DNA from: an uncultured virus (IMG/VR IMGVR_UViG_2806310815_000005) | Taxonomy: Duplodnaviria; Heunggongvirae; Uroviricota; Caudoviricetes | Virus record (IMG/VR): IMGVR_UViG_2806310815_000005 | Length of the DNA stretch: 64,000 bases | Direction: 5' to 3' (one strand) | Shown here: positions 30,467-43,300 of the stretch, piece by piece | Numbering within the stretch: the first letter of the stretch is position 1 | Layout: each line of letters opens with the position of its first letter | The notes under the pieces: model-generated | The model's database searches: none | Seen by the model: the letters and a program-made list of their open reading frames with translations, nothing else | What the model was told of the DNA's origin: nothing | Program-made: the position numbers and the translations under genes

Positions 30467-30940
30467 TTATCTAATATAATAAGTTTCTCCGTTGTATTCT
30501 ACTTCTGCATAATCTATTTTCATATCTTCGGCAATACCTGCCCAATCAATATTGTTTTCAATTATTGCGGGTGTGTTGTCTGCAATATAGCCACAATCTC
30601 TACAAAAATCTTCGCAATACTCTTCAAAATAAGATTCGTGTATAATTGATTCTCCATACTTAAAATCGCTTGAATTGTTTTCTAATTCTTCGCAAAAGTC
30701 TTCAATATCTTCGTACTCTTCAATAAGATCCGAACAAGTTACTATAAAAGACTCTTCATTTAAAAACTCAATTTCATCAAAACTATCTGGTATTTCAAGT
30801 TCTTCCGTTTCTTCCTCTTTATACTCGTTATGATTTTCCGCCCAATCAATATAAGCGTCTAAAATATCATTTTCAAGTTCTTCTTTGTATTCAATTAAAT
30901 CTCTGCTATCAAATACTGTGTTGTTAATTGGATTGCTCAT
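30467..30940 (-). CDS. Acidic protein with ArdA-like C-terminus (putative antirestriction DNA mimic)
   Basis: Very Asp/Glu rich; C-terminal IENNIDWAGIAEDMKIDY...GETYYIR resembles the ArdA 'YIDYEA.ARD' region. Confidence 0.5.
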   Translation of the reverse strand: MSNPINNTVFDSRDLIEYKEELENDILDAYIDWAENHNEYKEEETEELEIPDSFDEIEFLNEESFIVTCSDLIEEYEDIEDFCEELENNSSDFKYGESIIHESYFEEYCEDFCRDCGYIADNTPAIIENNIDWAGIAEDMKIDYAEVEYNGETYYIR

Positions 30941-33900
30941 AATTGTACAATGTTTTTTGTTATTACTTAATGTAAATATATGTGTTTTAGTTGTAGTATT
31001 GTGTTGGAGTTTTGTTAAACTTGTAAAAGTTGTTCTCTTTTATTTAGTGGTACATTGTTCTTTACAAGCGTTTTTAACTTGTTTTCCTTCTGTTTCTTTT
31101 TGTCCTCCAGGTAACAGTCAATACTATCCTCAGCGTATTCTAATAAACCGCTTTTTCTGTGATTATCTCCGTAAAAGCCTCCACAAGAGTCTCCTGTCTC
31201 TTCTATTGTGTAGTAGTAAACATCTCCCCACGCCCACGCTTCAAACAATTCAAAATTACATTCAAAAGTTTCATCGTTCATACTTTCATAAGTCCTACCT
31301 GTTATTTTACCAAATTCGGGTGTCCAACACATAAAAACTTCAGCATAATCTCCTTGACTATAACCTCTTGATGCTCCACTATAATGTTTGATATTAAATT
31401 CTTCGCAAAAAGCTGTTTTATTATCAATACTTTCATCCAACCAACTATAAAGGATATCATCTTTTATCATTTCTGTTCTATCATAATCTTCTAGCGGATA
31501 ATCTTCTTTAAATTCTTCAACATCTTCGCCCATTAAATCTAAAAGTCTTGATTGATGTCTTTTAACTTGATTATAGGATAGGTAATTTCTAAGATAATCT
31601 ATAATATCCCCTTTTGAAAAATCACCTTCCCAATTTCTACCTCCTTCATACATTAAAGGTACGCAACCATCCCATTCTTCAAAAGGGTTTTCTGAATACT
31701 CTTCTCTTTTAACTTCAATTTCAATTCCTTTGTAAATAATAGTTTCCATAATCTCTTAGTGTTTTAATTTGTTATAGTAAATATACAACTGTTGTTTTTA
31801 TTTCTGTGTTAAGGTTGTATTAATATTTTAACTGTTTTTGTTTTTCTTCGCCGCATAATGCGCATTCATCACTATCAACGGTAATTATAGTAGGTGTTTC
31901 TGTTTCACAACAACTGCAACTAGAGTAAGCCATTTTTGTAACATCTGCATAATCATATACGCTTTGGTGGTCTTGACTGTAAAGTATCTTGCAAACCTCT
32001 CTTTGTGCTTTACCTAAACTACTTTTAACGATAAATTTGTTTCTTGATTTCATAACTCTTAGTGTTTTTTGTTTTACATTATAAATATACGCCGCATAAA
32101 ACAAACGGCAAAAAATAAAATCTTAATCTTCTGTTAAATACTCTCCACACCATCTACAATAAGGTTTCCCTTGTTCATCTTCAAAAGGTTCTGATTGATA
32201 CCTTAAACTATCTAAACAACAATTATTTTCCATTTGCCGCTTCTAAAATCTGTTTCTTATTCATCTTATCAAAACCATAAAAATCTAAAAAAGCGTTGAT
32301 ATGTCGGGCTGTAGTTGCGGAATACCAACCGTTAATTGTCATTTTATTGTTTAAGTGATCGTAACTTGCAACCTCTGTGTTATAAGAGAATAGTTTTGAT
32401 TCTCCGCTTTCTGTTACTACTGTTGCTTTATTGTTTGTCCCTACTAGTGCAAATACTTTCATAATTTCGTTTTTAAACGTGTTTTATTTATTAAGTGGTA
32501 TCAATATACCAAAATTATATTAAAGTGCCTTAGAAGTTTTTAAATTGACTTCTTTTAGCAAGTAATCGTGCCAATCTCCGTTACCATTCCAATTTTTCCT
32601 TACCTCTCGACGTTCCTCAAAAGAGATTTTATCCATTACATAGTCTGTAAAAACATCATAAGCCTTGTTAGGATTTTCTTTTGTGTATGGGTAGTCTTTT
32701 TTAATCTGTTCGTAAGTTGCATATACCTTCATTATACCGCCTCTTTTACATTAATATAACTTGTTTCCTCATTATCATCAAACATATCATCTGATGAATA
32801 ACCCTCATTTTTAAGGTAAAACTCTAAAATTCCTGCAAAAGCTTTTTCAAACTTACTGTCATCTTCATCTAAGTACTCGTTAAACCACTTATTAGCGTCT
32901 GTACTAAAGAAACTAATAAATCCGCTATGACTACTATACTTATCTTCTAAAAACGTCTTAAAATCGCTTATATGAGTTTTACAGTATTCTATTAAAGTGT
33001 TAAAATCTTCATCTGAAACTTTGTAAGTGCAATAAATCGCATCATTTTCAAAGTTATATTCTCTAGGATTGTAAACCTCTTCAAAATCAATATCGATACT
33101 AAAGCCGTCTAATTTAAGATAGTTCCAAATAGAATTGATACAACTTTCAGCAACTCTAGTTTCATAATCTTTATAATCAAACTCAACGTTATCTGAATAT
33201 AAATCTTCATCTTCTAAATACTGCTCTTCGGCAATATAGCTTTCAAAGATAGTAGAATAAAATCCTGGAAAAATAGGTAAGTAACTTGCAATAATTTTCA
33301 TAATAGTGTTTGTTTTAATTTGCTACTCAAATATACGGCTTAAAAGATCACCGCAAAAACATTTAATGCTAAAATTCTGTTAAGATTCATTTGCTAGTTT
33401 AACACCAATAACTTTAACTTCATCGTTTGGCATATCGTTTAGCTGTCTCCAATACTTTGTTTGCTTAGGTCTAATATATTTACCCTCGTGTAGTACTGTC
33501 TCATTTCCGTAGTGATCTCTAAAATAGAAAATCCAATTTTGCTTAGTGTATCTCATAACTCTTATTTAACATTTACTGAAGTGTGCCAATTTCCGTTAAA
33601 ATCTTCCTCCTCTTCTACAAAGTTCATAACAAAGGATTCAACTTTTTTGTTTAAAGTTTTATATTCGTGCTCTACTTCTGACAATCTTTTTGAATAGTAG
33701 TCTAAAGCTTCTACAAAAGCCTCTTGCTCGGTTTTGGTTTTCATAGCTAGATTCATACCTCTCGATTCATCATATAACCAAAAACCGTCTTTACCTTTTG
33801 ATAGAGTAATATTGTCGTCTTTAAAAATTAATTCGTGTTTCATAATATAAATATAGTGTTTGTGTTTTTTAATTACAATATAAAGATAAGCATAAAAACC

Positions 33901-36588
33901 TACCGTAAGGAATAATTAGTGTTAATGTTCTGTTAAATTAAAGTACCGTCATCTAAAATTGCTTCAAGCCCTTTTGCGTACTTAATAGCTTCTTTTATAT
34001 CTGTAAAACTTTCAATATTACAATCATTAGTGCTGTTATCAAAAGCGTTCCATTTCTTGTTTTCAAACCAACACCCACCTTTAATTTCTTTATCTTCAGG
34101 GTGTTCGTAAAATTCGCAAGTGTGGTTATTCAAAATTTCTTGTAAATGTTGTTTTGCTTTTTCTCCGATAAGTATCATAACTCTATTCTTTTTAAATTAC
34201 ATAGTAAATATACAAAACATTTACCGCCGCATAAAATATAAATTGTTAAAAATATCATAAAATAAAACCCCATACAACAAAAAATCCCCTATCAAAACAC
34301 TACTAAAGATAGAGGATTAAAAACACAATTATGAAACACCTTTATTTAGTGCCTACTGTAAGACTGTATATAGTTTCAATACAGCTATCTAAATTTCGTC
34401 ACAAGGTTAAAGGCTTTACCTCAACTATCAAAAGATATTAAAATTCATCTCCTTTCTCTCCAAAGAATATTATAAAATCATTTGGGTTACTATTATTCCA
34501 TACTTTAAATACATCCCCGTAGTCTACATCTTTACCTATGTGCAGTACATTTTCCCACTCTTCGGGTCTTTCGGATGTTTTTTCAACTATAAAGTCAGTC
34601 ATAAGTATCTTTTTAAATACTGTTTTCTTTTTGTCTTTTCTTTGCTGTTCTATTGTGGTGTATTTTGTCATTGTTTCTTATTGTTTTTTGTACTTCTTAA
34701 CGGCTTTTTTTAGCTCGTCGAATTTATCGTAGGTTATTAATTGGCAACCTACTTTAATCCCCTTCTCTGTTAGTTCCGCTTCATAACTGTCTGTTATTTG
34801 TACTTTTACTGTTTCTTTGTATACATCTATTGCGGCGATAAATTCGGGAAATGATAATACTTTAAATAAATATTTATCTACATCATTTTTATTACCCCCT
34901 ATAAATTCTTTACCGTTGTATATAATGTACGTGTTTCTTTCGTCTGTTGAATAGCCTTGTAATATTCTGTATTTTGTGCTTTCATATACTTTTAACCCTT
35001 TACCCTCAGCCATTTGTAGTATTACCTCAGCTTGTAGTTGTGTCGGTTTGTAAATTGCTATTTTTTTCCATTTGTGTTTTATTTTTTGTAAATGTATAAA
35101 TTGTTTTCTTTTGCGGCAAGTTTTTAACATAAAATTATAGGCTAGGTAAAACTTTATAACCTCCATCCACATAATTAATACCTTGTACTAATTACATACC
35201 CTCCCTAACCTATACTTTAAAAACTACTACTCAAACAATTCTACTATTATTGTGATTCCTGTTCCGCATTTACTCTGTAAATATACTATTATTTTTTCAT
35301 TGTTGATTTACTTTTAACTTTTGTTTAACTGTTTGTTTTAGCGGCATTTTTAATACCCTCTTTAACTGCTTCAAAAGCTTGCACCGTCCTATCATTATTG
35401 AAAATAGGTGTCATTCTATAAGATTGCATTAACTCATAAAATTCCTGGCTGTTTAGATATTCTTCCATAGCTTAACAATTCTTTAGATCACTATACAACT
35501 GTTCTAAATTGTAGTTTGCAATTAATTCTTTTCTTGTGTCGGTCTTACTTTGTGCCGATTGTTTTAAAGCTTCCTGTTTGCTTATTTGTGCTTTTAGGTA
35601 GTCTTTGTACTGTTGTTTGTCTTGTTGATTGTACGTCATTTTATTTGCTGTTTTGATTGTTTTAAAAATAGATAATACTAAGTAGTAACGCCATCACTAT
35701 CGGGCTTCTATCGGGTATATTTAAACCTTTAGCCTTTAGTAGTTATCTATATTGTAAAGTTATGGTGCATTTAGAAACAACCATACCAAGGTTCAATTTC
35801 TTCGCCATCAGCTACTATTTCTGCGTAAGTCCAATACTTACTTTCAAGGTCGTTTACACTTTCGATGAATTTTTCAGCTTCTTCTCTTGTATCGAAAAGT
35901 TTAGGTTTAATCCAGTCAGCACCTTCACGACCTTTACCTCTTGCTACTATTACTATAAATGATTTCATAAAATAAAAACTCACCATAACACTGTATAAAA
36001 TCAAGTGGGGTTATGTGCTAATTTTAACCACTTCGGCTGTTTAATTTAGTTTTTGCAAGTCGGAATGTGTTAGCCGTTCAATCCCCCACCTGCTTTTATA
36101 CTTTAACGTTAATTCTTTTTTGTTTTCTGCTGTGTTAAAGGTATGCTAATTCTTAGCAAAGATTAGTATCGATACTTGTACCTCTGCTTCATACTTTGTT
36201 AATCCTCCGTAATGATTAGAAGTGCCATTAATTCCTACCCCATAATTATTTTTTGCCTCCTTCCATACGTAAACATCATTTAAACCGTATAAATTTTTAA
36301 AGTACTGTTGTTTTCTTCTTCCGTCGATTGTCATAACTATTAATTTAAGCGTTTTCTAATTTATTATTTTTAGGATTGAAGTATCTTACCGTCTGACCTA
36401 TAACTTTATTGTTACGGTGTGTATTTTTCATTGGTGCAGTTATCATATACCGCCCATCGCTTTGCTTATACACCTTAAAATCTTTCATTGTTTGTCCGAA
36501 AAACTTTAAAGATTTACGTGTGAAAAAATGCGGTGATGTCTCGCTTGATAGTCTTTTAATGTCGTAGATTGTCATTTTAGTAGTGTTT

Positions 36589-36735
36589 TTAGTTAAATTT
36601 ATTTAGTTCTAAGGTACATTCTAAACATAGTAAATCCCCGTAAACTTCATTATTTACATCAATTTTACTGTTATCAAAATTACTCTTACAACAAGGGCAC
36701 TTTAGTATATTTTTGTTTAGGTCTTGTGCTTTCAT
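36589..36735 (-). CDS. 48-aa Cys-rich (CPCC...CxxC) protein, copy 1
   Basis: MKAQDLNKNILKCPCCKSNFDNSKIDVNNEVYGDLLCLECTLELNKFN; start refined using the paralog. Confidence 0.6.
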   Translation of the reverse strand: MKAQDLNKNILKCPCCKSNFDNSKIDVNNEVYGDLLCLECTLELNKFN

Positions 36736-38200
36736 AGTGTTTTTATTTACTGTAAATATAAGGCTTTTTGAGACTATCACCAAGCCTTTTAACATTGTTT
36801 TAATAGTCTTGAAATGCTTCACTTGCCTCTTCGATGTTTAAAAACTGTCTTACTTTGACTGCGTTTTTTTGGCACGCTTGATAAATATCAAAGGCTTTGC
36901 GGCTGTCGCTATCATACCCAAAGTTATCGCAAAAATCCTCAAACATTTCCTGTCCTGCCTGTGCATCCATAACTAAAGAATATAACACATTATCAATATT
37001 TAACGGTTTAACTTGTGTCATAGCTTCTAACTTACTATTAACTACCTCTAGGCTTTCTTTATCCTGCTTAAACCGTCCGTTTAGGTAGTAGGTAGCCTCA
37101 TCTTTAAAACCTCGATAGTTTTCCATACCTCTTTGCCATTTAACTTTTGCAGGCTGTCTATGTCCTATGCCTGTACTATACTCAAAGTCCTGCCCGTTAA
37201 TAGTAACTATCCATTTATCGTGTTGCCATAGGTTATCATCTAACCTCAACCCTAAATGATTAGCTTTAAAATCAAATTCTTGCTTTAAAATTTCGCTTGT
37301 AGTTTTCATAACTTGTAGTGTTTTAAATTATATTGTAAATATACAATTTTGTTTTGGTTTATTTTGTTAACTAACTCTTAAAGTTTTAAAATATGTTTTG
37401 TAGTATCTTTTACCCTCTGATAACTTTAAGTTGTTTAGGTGCAAACTATAACATCCTATTTTTACAAAAAAATCACAGTAACCATTTTCCCATCTGTTCA
37501 CTTGACAACATCTTTTTATAGGATGTGTATATCTACCCTCCTTAGCTGTTTTGCTTAGTCTTACTTTAAAGAATAGTAAGTTAATCATTAAGCTTTTACC
37601 GTTTGTGTGTTTTCTGTACTGTATCATCTTAGTAGTGTTTTTTATTTGAGTAAAGATAAGATATTTTATCCTTACTAATTGTTAATGAAATGTTAAATTA
37701 TTCTTTTTAGTTCTTCACAGTTGTTGAGGTAGTTTATACCTAGCAATTTAACAACTGTTTGTTTATTTTGCTTTCTTACGCTGCAAATATAGTTTTCGTC
37801 CGTCTTACCTGTTATTTTTATCCTTGCATTACCTAGAGAATAGAAACCGCCTGTTAAGTCCTTCATTACAATTTAATTTTAAAAGGTTTATCTTTTGGGA
37901 TGTTTTTCCCTCTCACTATTATAATAGTATGAAAACCTTTACGTGTTTTGACGTATCTTAAGCCTTCCTTTTTTAATTCTTTAGTGAGTGTTGCAGGACT
38001 GCCAATATAAGTATTGACTATTACATTGGCTTTTGCTTGTGCCTCTTGTTGTGGTGTGATAAATTTTAAATTTTGCATTGTTGTAGTGTTTTAATGTTTG
38101 TATGATATTATTTCGCTGCCTTCTATTTTTACGTGTGTTGCTCCTTGTGATTCTTGAAGCTGTAAAAGTCTAATTAGTTTGTCAATTTCCATAATATTTT

Positions 38201-38347
38201 CTAGTTATAGCTATTTAATTCTAAAGTACATTCTAAACATAGTAGGTCGCCATAAATTTCGTTATTTATATCAACTTTACTATTATCAAAATCACTCTTA
38301 CAACAAGGGCAATTTTTTATATCTTTGTTTAGGTTTTGTGCCTTCAT
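38201..38347 (-). CDS. 48-aa Cys-rich protein, copy 2
   Basis: Manual translation MKAQNLNKDIKNCPCCKSDFDNSKVDINNEIYGDLLCLECTLELNSYN*. Confidence 0.6.
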   Translation of the reverse strand: MKAQNLNKDIKNCPCCKSDFDNSKVDINNEIYGDLLCLECTLELNSYN

Positions 38348-39506
38348 AATGTTTTTATTTTGGACTAAGATACAAATAAATACCTTAGCCCGTTGTTAAG
38401 TTTCTATTAATACCCTTGTGCTTTTTTTATCAAAGCTTTAGCCGGAGCTTTTTTAACCTTTGCTTTGGCAGTTATTTCAATGTCCTGATAAGCATAAGGC
38501 AAACTGTCTTTTATATGCTGCTCAATGTTTTCTAGTCGGTTGGTGTCTGATAGATCAAACCCATCTTCTACCCAATTTCTTGATACTTCAACGTCAATTT
38601 CAATAGTCCATTTAAATGATTCCATAGTGTTTTATTTTAGTTTGTTATTGTTAAATTATTTACCGCCCAAAGGATGATTAAACCCCATCCAATAAGCCAA
38701 ATTAAACCTAGTAAAATTTGATAACTGTATAATTTAAGTACGTTTTTCATAGGTGTAAATTTAAAACAGTTTAACCTAAACCACTGTTAAAGGTGTGTTA
38801 AAACTAAAGACTATTATAAATAAAAGGTAGTTTTTCAGTCCCTCCACCATCTTTGAGCCTTACAAGATTATATTTAAAGTTATCTATTGGCTCCAAAGTC
38901 TTTAAAGCGTTATTTCTTATAGAATAGAATATTTCAAACCAATTACACCCCATAGCCACTGAATTAGCTGCATTTGTAGCAACATAAAACCAATAACTTT
39001 CACCTGTAGCTTCATAAACTACACGTCCTATTGTTTTTAAATTGTCAAAAGTAGGTTTTAATGCTCTTAATTTAGATACTTTCATCTTAGTAGTGTTTTA
39101 AATTAATATTAAGTAAAGATAAGGTTTTACCGTCTAACCTTAAAGGACTTTAACAAAGTTTTAACTAAAATTCATCGTTCCTGTACCATAGCGTACACCT
39201 TCTACTTTTTCTAATCTATCTAGCATACTTTGAGGTAAAAACATATTTGTATATTTTAACTCTTCAAAAAAGTATTTAAATTCACTGTAAACTTTTTTAA
39301 TAGTCTTTTTCTTATAGTTAAAATCCATAGAAAAGTAAATTTTATTTGTCTCCACGTGTACCAATAAAGACAATACTCCTATTTTAGTATTTATATGATC
39401 TACTCTTAATTCACTCATTTTTGGGATACTCATAACATTATATTTAAATTAATAACAAAGTAAAAATAGCTAGTTTATACGATACTAGCAAACGTTTAAC
39501 AAAATT

Positions 39507-40001
39507 TTAGGCTTTTATGCGTGCCGTCTGTTTTGTTTTATATTCTTGGCTACCGTATGTAGCCTTAATTTGATCTAAGGTTTTGCCCTTTGAATACTTT
39601 TGTTTGTAGTCTTTAGGGCTAAAATACCAACTAATTTTCTTACGTGCAAACCTTGCGTTATTATAGCCATCTAAATTTATTGCTTTAATAGCATCTTTTT
39701 GCTCATACATTGCTCCACGTTTAATATCCTCAAGCCAAATAAACGAACCGACAAACGAAATATTAATATCACTTAAACCGTCAAACTTTCTGACTAAATC
39801 ATAAAACTTTGAAGCGTTGAAGTCTTTGTCAGTCTCGTAGCCTGTATTAAATTTTAACTTATTTGATACGGTTTTAAATTCCGCTTGCATCTTAATAAAC
39901 TCTTGAGCATTCCCACCTTTGTCAGGGTGTAATGTGTGACAAAGTTTGCGAAATAAAGTTTTAGCGTCGTTTAAATCTTTGCAATTAGAGAAATAGTACA
40001 T
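39507..40001 (-). CDS. J-domain (DnaJ-like) protein
   Basis: KTLFRKLCHTLHPDKGG...FIKMQAEF, with the HPD motif. Confidence 0.75.
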   Translation of the reverse strand: MYYFSNCKDLNDAKTLFRKLCHTLHPDKGGNAQEFIKMQAEFKTVSNKLKFNTGYETDKDFNASKFYDLVRKFDGLSDINISFVGSFIWLEDIKRGAMYEQKDAIKAINLDGYNNARFARKKISWYFSPKDYKQKYSKGKTLDQIKATYGSQEYKTKQTARIKA

Positions 40002-40275
40002 TTTTGTAGTGTTTTATAATTTATATAAGTAAAGATAGTAGATAAAGGATAGTAAAGTGTTAAAGATATTCTAAATAAATGTTAAAAAATCGCCACATAA
40101 AAACAACAGTAAAACAAACAGACTTAATATAAAGACTTATAACAAACAATAATAGAATAAACCATATAAGACTACCAAACAAAACAAAAACAAGATTAAA
40201 ACCTATTTAAAATAAGAAACAAGGCTATAAATAGAATATGTATAGAATCAAGGATAGTAATATAAGAGTGATAAA

Positions 40276-40302
40276 ACCACTTTTTACCACTTTTTACCAC
40301 TT
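40276..40302. repeat. Short tandem repeat (ACCACTTTTT x2.7)
   Basis: accacttttt accacttttt accactt in non-coding DNA. Confidence 0.8.
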
Positions 40303-43300
40303 ATTAACGGGTTGGATTGGGTTATCCATACCCTACCAATCACGTGTTAACCCCCATAAACACTAGGAAAAACGAAAAAACCCCGCTAAAAATTAATTTA
40401 ACAGGGTGCTTGCTTTTACTACTTATGTATTTATAGGGTTATTACTACCTTTTAATACCTTTTGAGTTATTTTTGTGTCGTGTTATTATTAAATAGTGGC
40501 TATTCTAACGACATTTAGTGTATTTCTTCGCTTTTTATGGTGTAAAAGATGTACTTTTCTGTTTCGTATGTAGTATTTCTATCTAATGTACGTACTGAGA
40601 CACCCATTTTTTCCGCTGCTTTGGTTTTAAAGCGGTAAATTATTGCTTTTTGGTCTGTTTTATCTATTAAAACGTAGTTTAGCCATTCCCTTTTTAGCTT
40701 TTTATGTCGCATTTCTTTTGATTATTGTATATTCTAACGACAAAAGTACTATTTTACTCTCAATAAACCAACTATCTAAAATAAAAAAAGCCCAGCATAA
40801 GTTAATATACTAGGCTTTTGGGTTATTGTTGCTTTGTTGTTTTACAGTTGTTTTAAGGCTTTATTTATTGCGGTCTCTATATTACTATCGTTAGTATTAT
40901 TTGGATATAATTCAAAATTAAATTCTGGTACTTCAAAATCTTTGCCCTCATTACGTACTAAATCACCGTTAACTAAACTATACTTTTTATATAATTTACC
41001 GTTGTTTGTTATTAGTCTGTTATGTTTTTGCCCGTCGCTAAACTGCTGAAAAACTAAAAAATGCAAATTATTAGGGTTTAAATCTTTTAGGCTGATAAAG
41101 TTATTAAGGTTTTTTAGTACCTCAACTAATACGTTAAACTGCTTTATAGGATATTTCATAACTATATAAAAATTTTAATAAGTGAATAAATAACGGTTTT
41201 ATAGGCTGACCGTAAACCTTTGTTAATGTTATAGATTAGCCCTATATGATTTATAAGACTCAACCCATTCAGAATGTACGATGCAATCATTGTTTAAAGT
41301 GTCGTGATACCATCCGTTTTTGTAATGTATTAAATTAGTAGCCATAAGTGTTTTAAATGATTAATTAATTTCTTTGATAACAAAGATCGCCTAAATAACA
41401 CAGTAAAATCATAAAATATTGTTAAAATTTAAAAGGCCGCAATTAAAACAGAAAATAATAAAATTAATAAATATAGATATAAAATAGATTAACAAATAAA
41501 TAACAAATATAAACTCCTCTAAAAACGATCTTATAAGCTAAGCATAAATACAAGCTAACAAGAGAATAAATAACCTCAGCTAAAAGCATTTTAAGCGTTT
41601 CTAAGCGTGTCAAATTAACTTTTGGTATGTTGATGTGGGGGTATGAAAGAAAGTGTCTTAGGATTGGGGTTTTGTTTAGAATGACCCCCTTAAATAAAAT
41701 ACGCACAATAAAAATTGAAAACACGTATAATGATTTTTTTAAATAGCCTGTCAAACACACACGATTATTTTTTAAAATAACTACCTCATAAAAATATTTT
41801 TAAAGAATCAAGTAGGGGGGTATCTTATTTATGTAGGGGTACGTTTATGGTAGCACCCCTGTTATTTGTAAGAATCTATTTTTTATAAATCGCCGTGGGA
41901 CTCAAGCATCTTTTCTAATCTTTTCTGTTCTTGCTCAGTTGCTACCTTGACCCATTCTTTTACTTCTCTGACGTTTAATTCTTCTTGGTTCTCGCTTGAA
42001 TCATTTGGGCACAGATCATTATAATCAAAGATATGTCCACAATCATTGCATCTGTAATATGTTCCTGTAAAATCCATTATTTTTATTTTTTGCAAATATA
42101 CGCTTATTTTTATATCTGTCTGTTAATAATATGTTATATTCGGATATGGGATATTAAATAAAAAACCCTCCTGGTTTAAGGGGGGTAAAAAATCTATGGA
42201 GACCTATTCCTGATTTTATTTATGTAGATTATTCATATCCTAATTCCTTTAATAATTTTTCTGTTGTGGTCTCTTCTGTATAGTTATCTAAGCGTTTTTT
42301 AATCTCTAACTCGATTAATTCTATAGTTTCTATTATCATACTGTCTTCTACTAGAGTATCTGATTCTAACTTTCCGTTTATAAATGTTTTTACTTTATGT
42401 TTTCTTTTGCCGCCCACATGCTTTCTACTCTAACGTTTAGCTCTAACTGTATCTCTACTTTATTTCCTTTATAGTCTACCTCTTTTTTCATCATCCTATC
42501 TTATGTACTGTATTTTCTAGTTCTTGGTCTATGCAACCTAAATTGTTGTATATGTTTTCTACTACTTCTAATAGTTGTTCTATTAATGTTTTATGCGTCG
42601 ATTCTACTTCGTTAATCGTACCTGGTAGTTTTGTTCCGACAGGGTCTTGTGTATTATCTAGTTTGTCATTTATTAAACGTGATTTTCTCTTAACATCGTG
42701 AGAATATTCCCCTACTTCTTGTAATCTGTGTAGGCATTCTGTTAGAGTTCTAGTTTTTTCGTAAGATGATGCTTTTTCTATCTTGTGCTCGTAATTTTCC
42801 ATTTTTATTTATAATTTACCTATTAATTTTATTATCTAATTTTATCAAATGTTTTTCCTGATTCTGTCATTATGTAGTTGTATTGGTTCTTATATATTGG
42901 TATAAGCTTTCCTTCTTCTGTTGATATAAATGCTAAACAGTTTTTTGTAAATTTTGTTGCGTTTTCATCTAGGTCGGCGACGTGATTAGCGTTAAAATGT
43001 GCCTCATAATGTAATTTAAACTCGTCATAACTGACTTCCCTATGGATAACATTATAACTGTTTCCTAAGCTAGTGTTCGATTCTAAATTGTCTGTGGTAA
43101 TCTTTCTTAATGTATACATATCTCTCTGTTTTTATATTTTATTTAGGTTATATTTTGTTTTATTACTTGTTTGGGTTATAATTTACTGTATAATTCACTT
43201 ATTTCTTGATGTTTTAATTTTATTTGTGCTTCTATGTCTTGTTTTCTTTTTTGTTCTTTTTTATAGGCGGCGATTTCCTCGTTTGTAGAATATCTGTAAG

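Larger units (their letters stand above)
25442..41350 (-). other. Early/host-takeover-type region: many small co-oriented ORFs, many with their own promoter
   Basis: Over 35 short minus-strand ORFs, many highly acidic, with recurring TATATTTAC/TATCTTTAC, TTAACA and AAAACACTA motifs upstream. Confidence 0.65.

Noticed and set aside
41464..41760. 98-aa minus-strand ORF
   Set aside because: Low-complexity hydrophobic translation of an A-rich non-coding tract with a non-ATG start; likely spurious.
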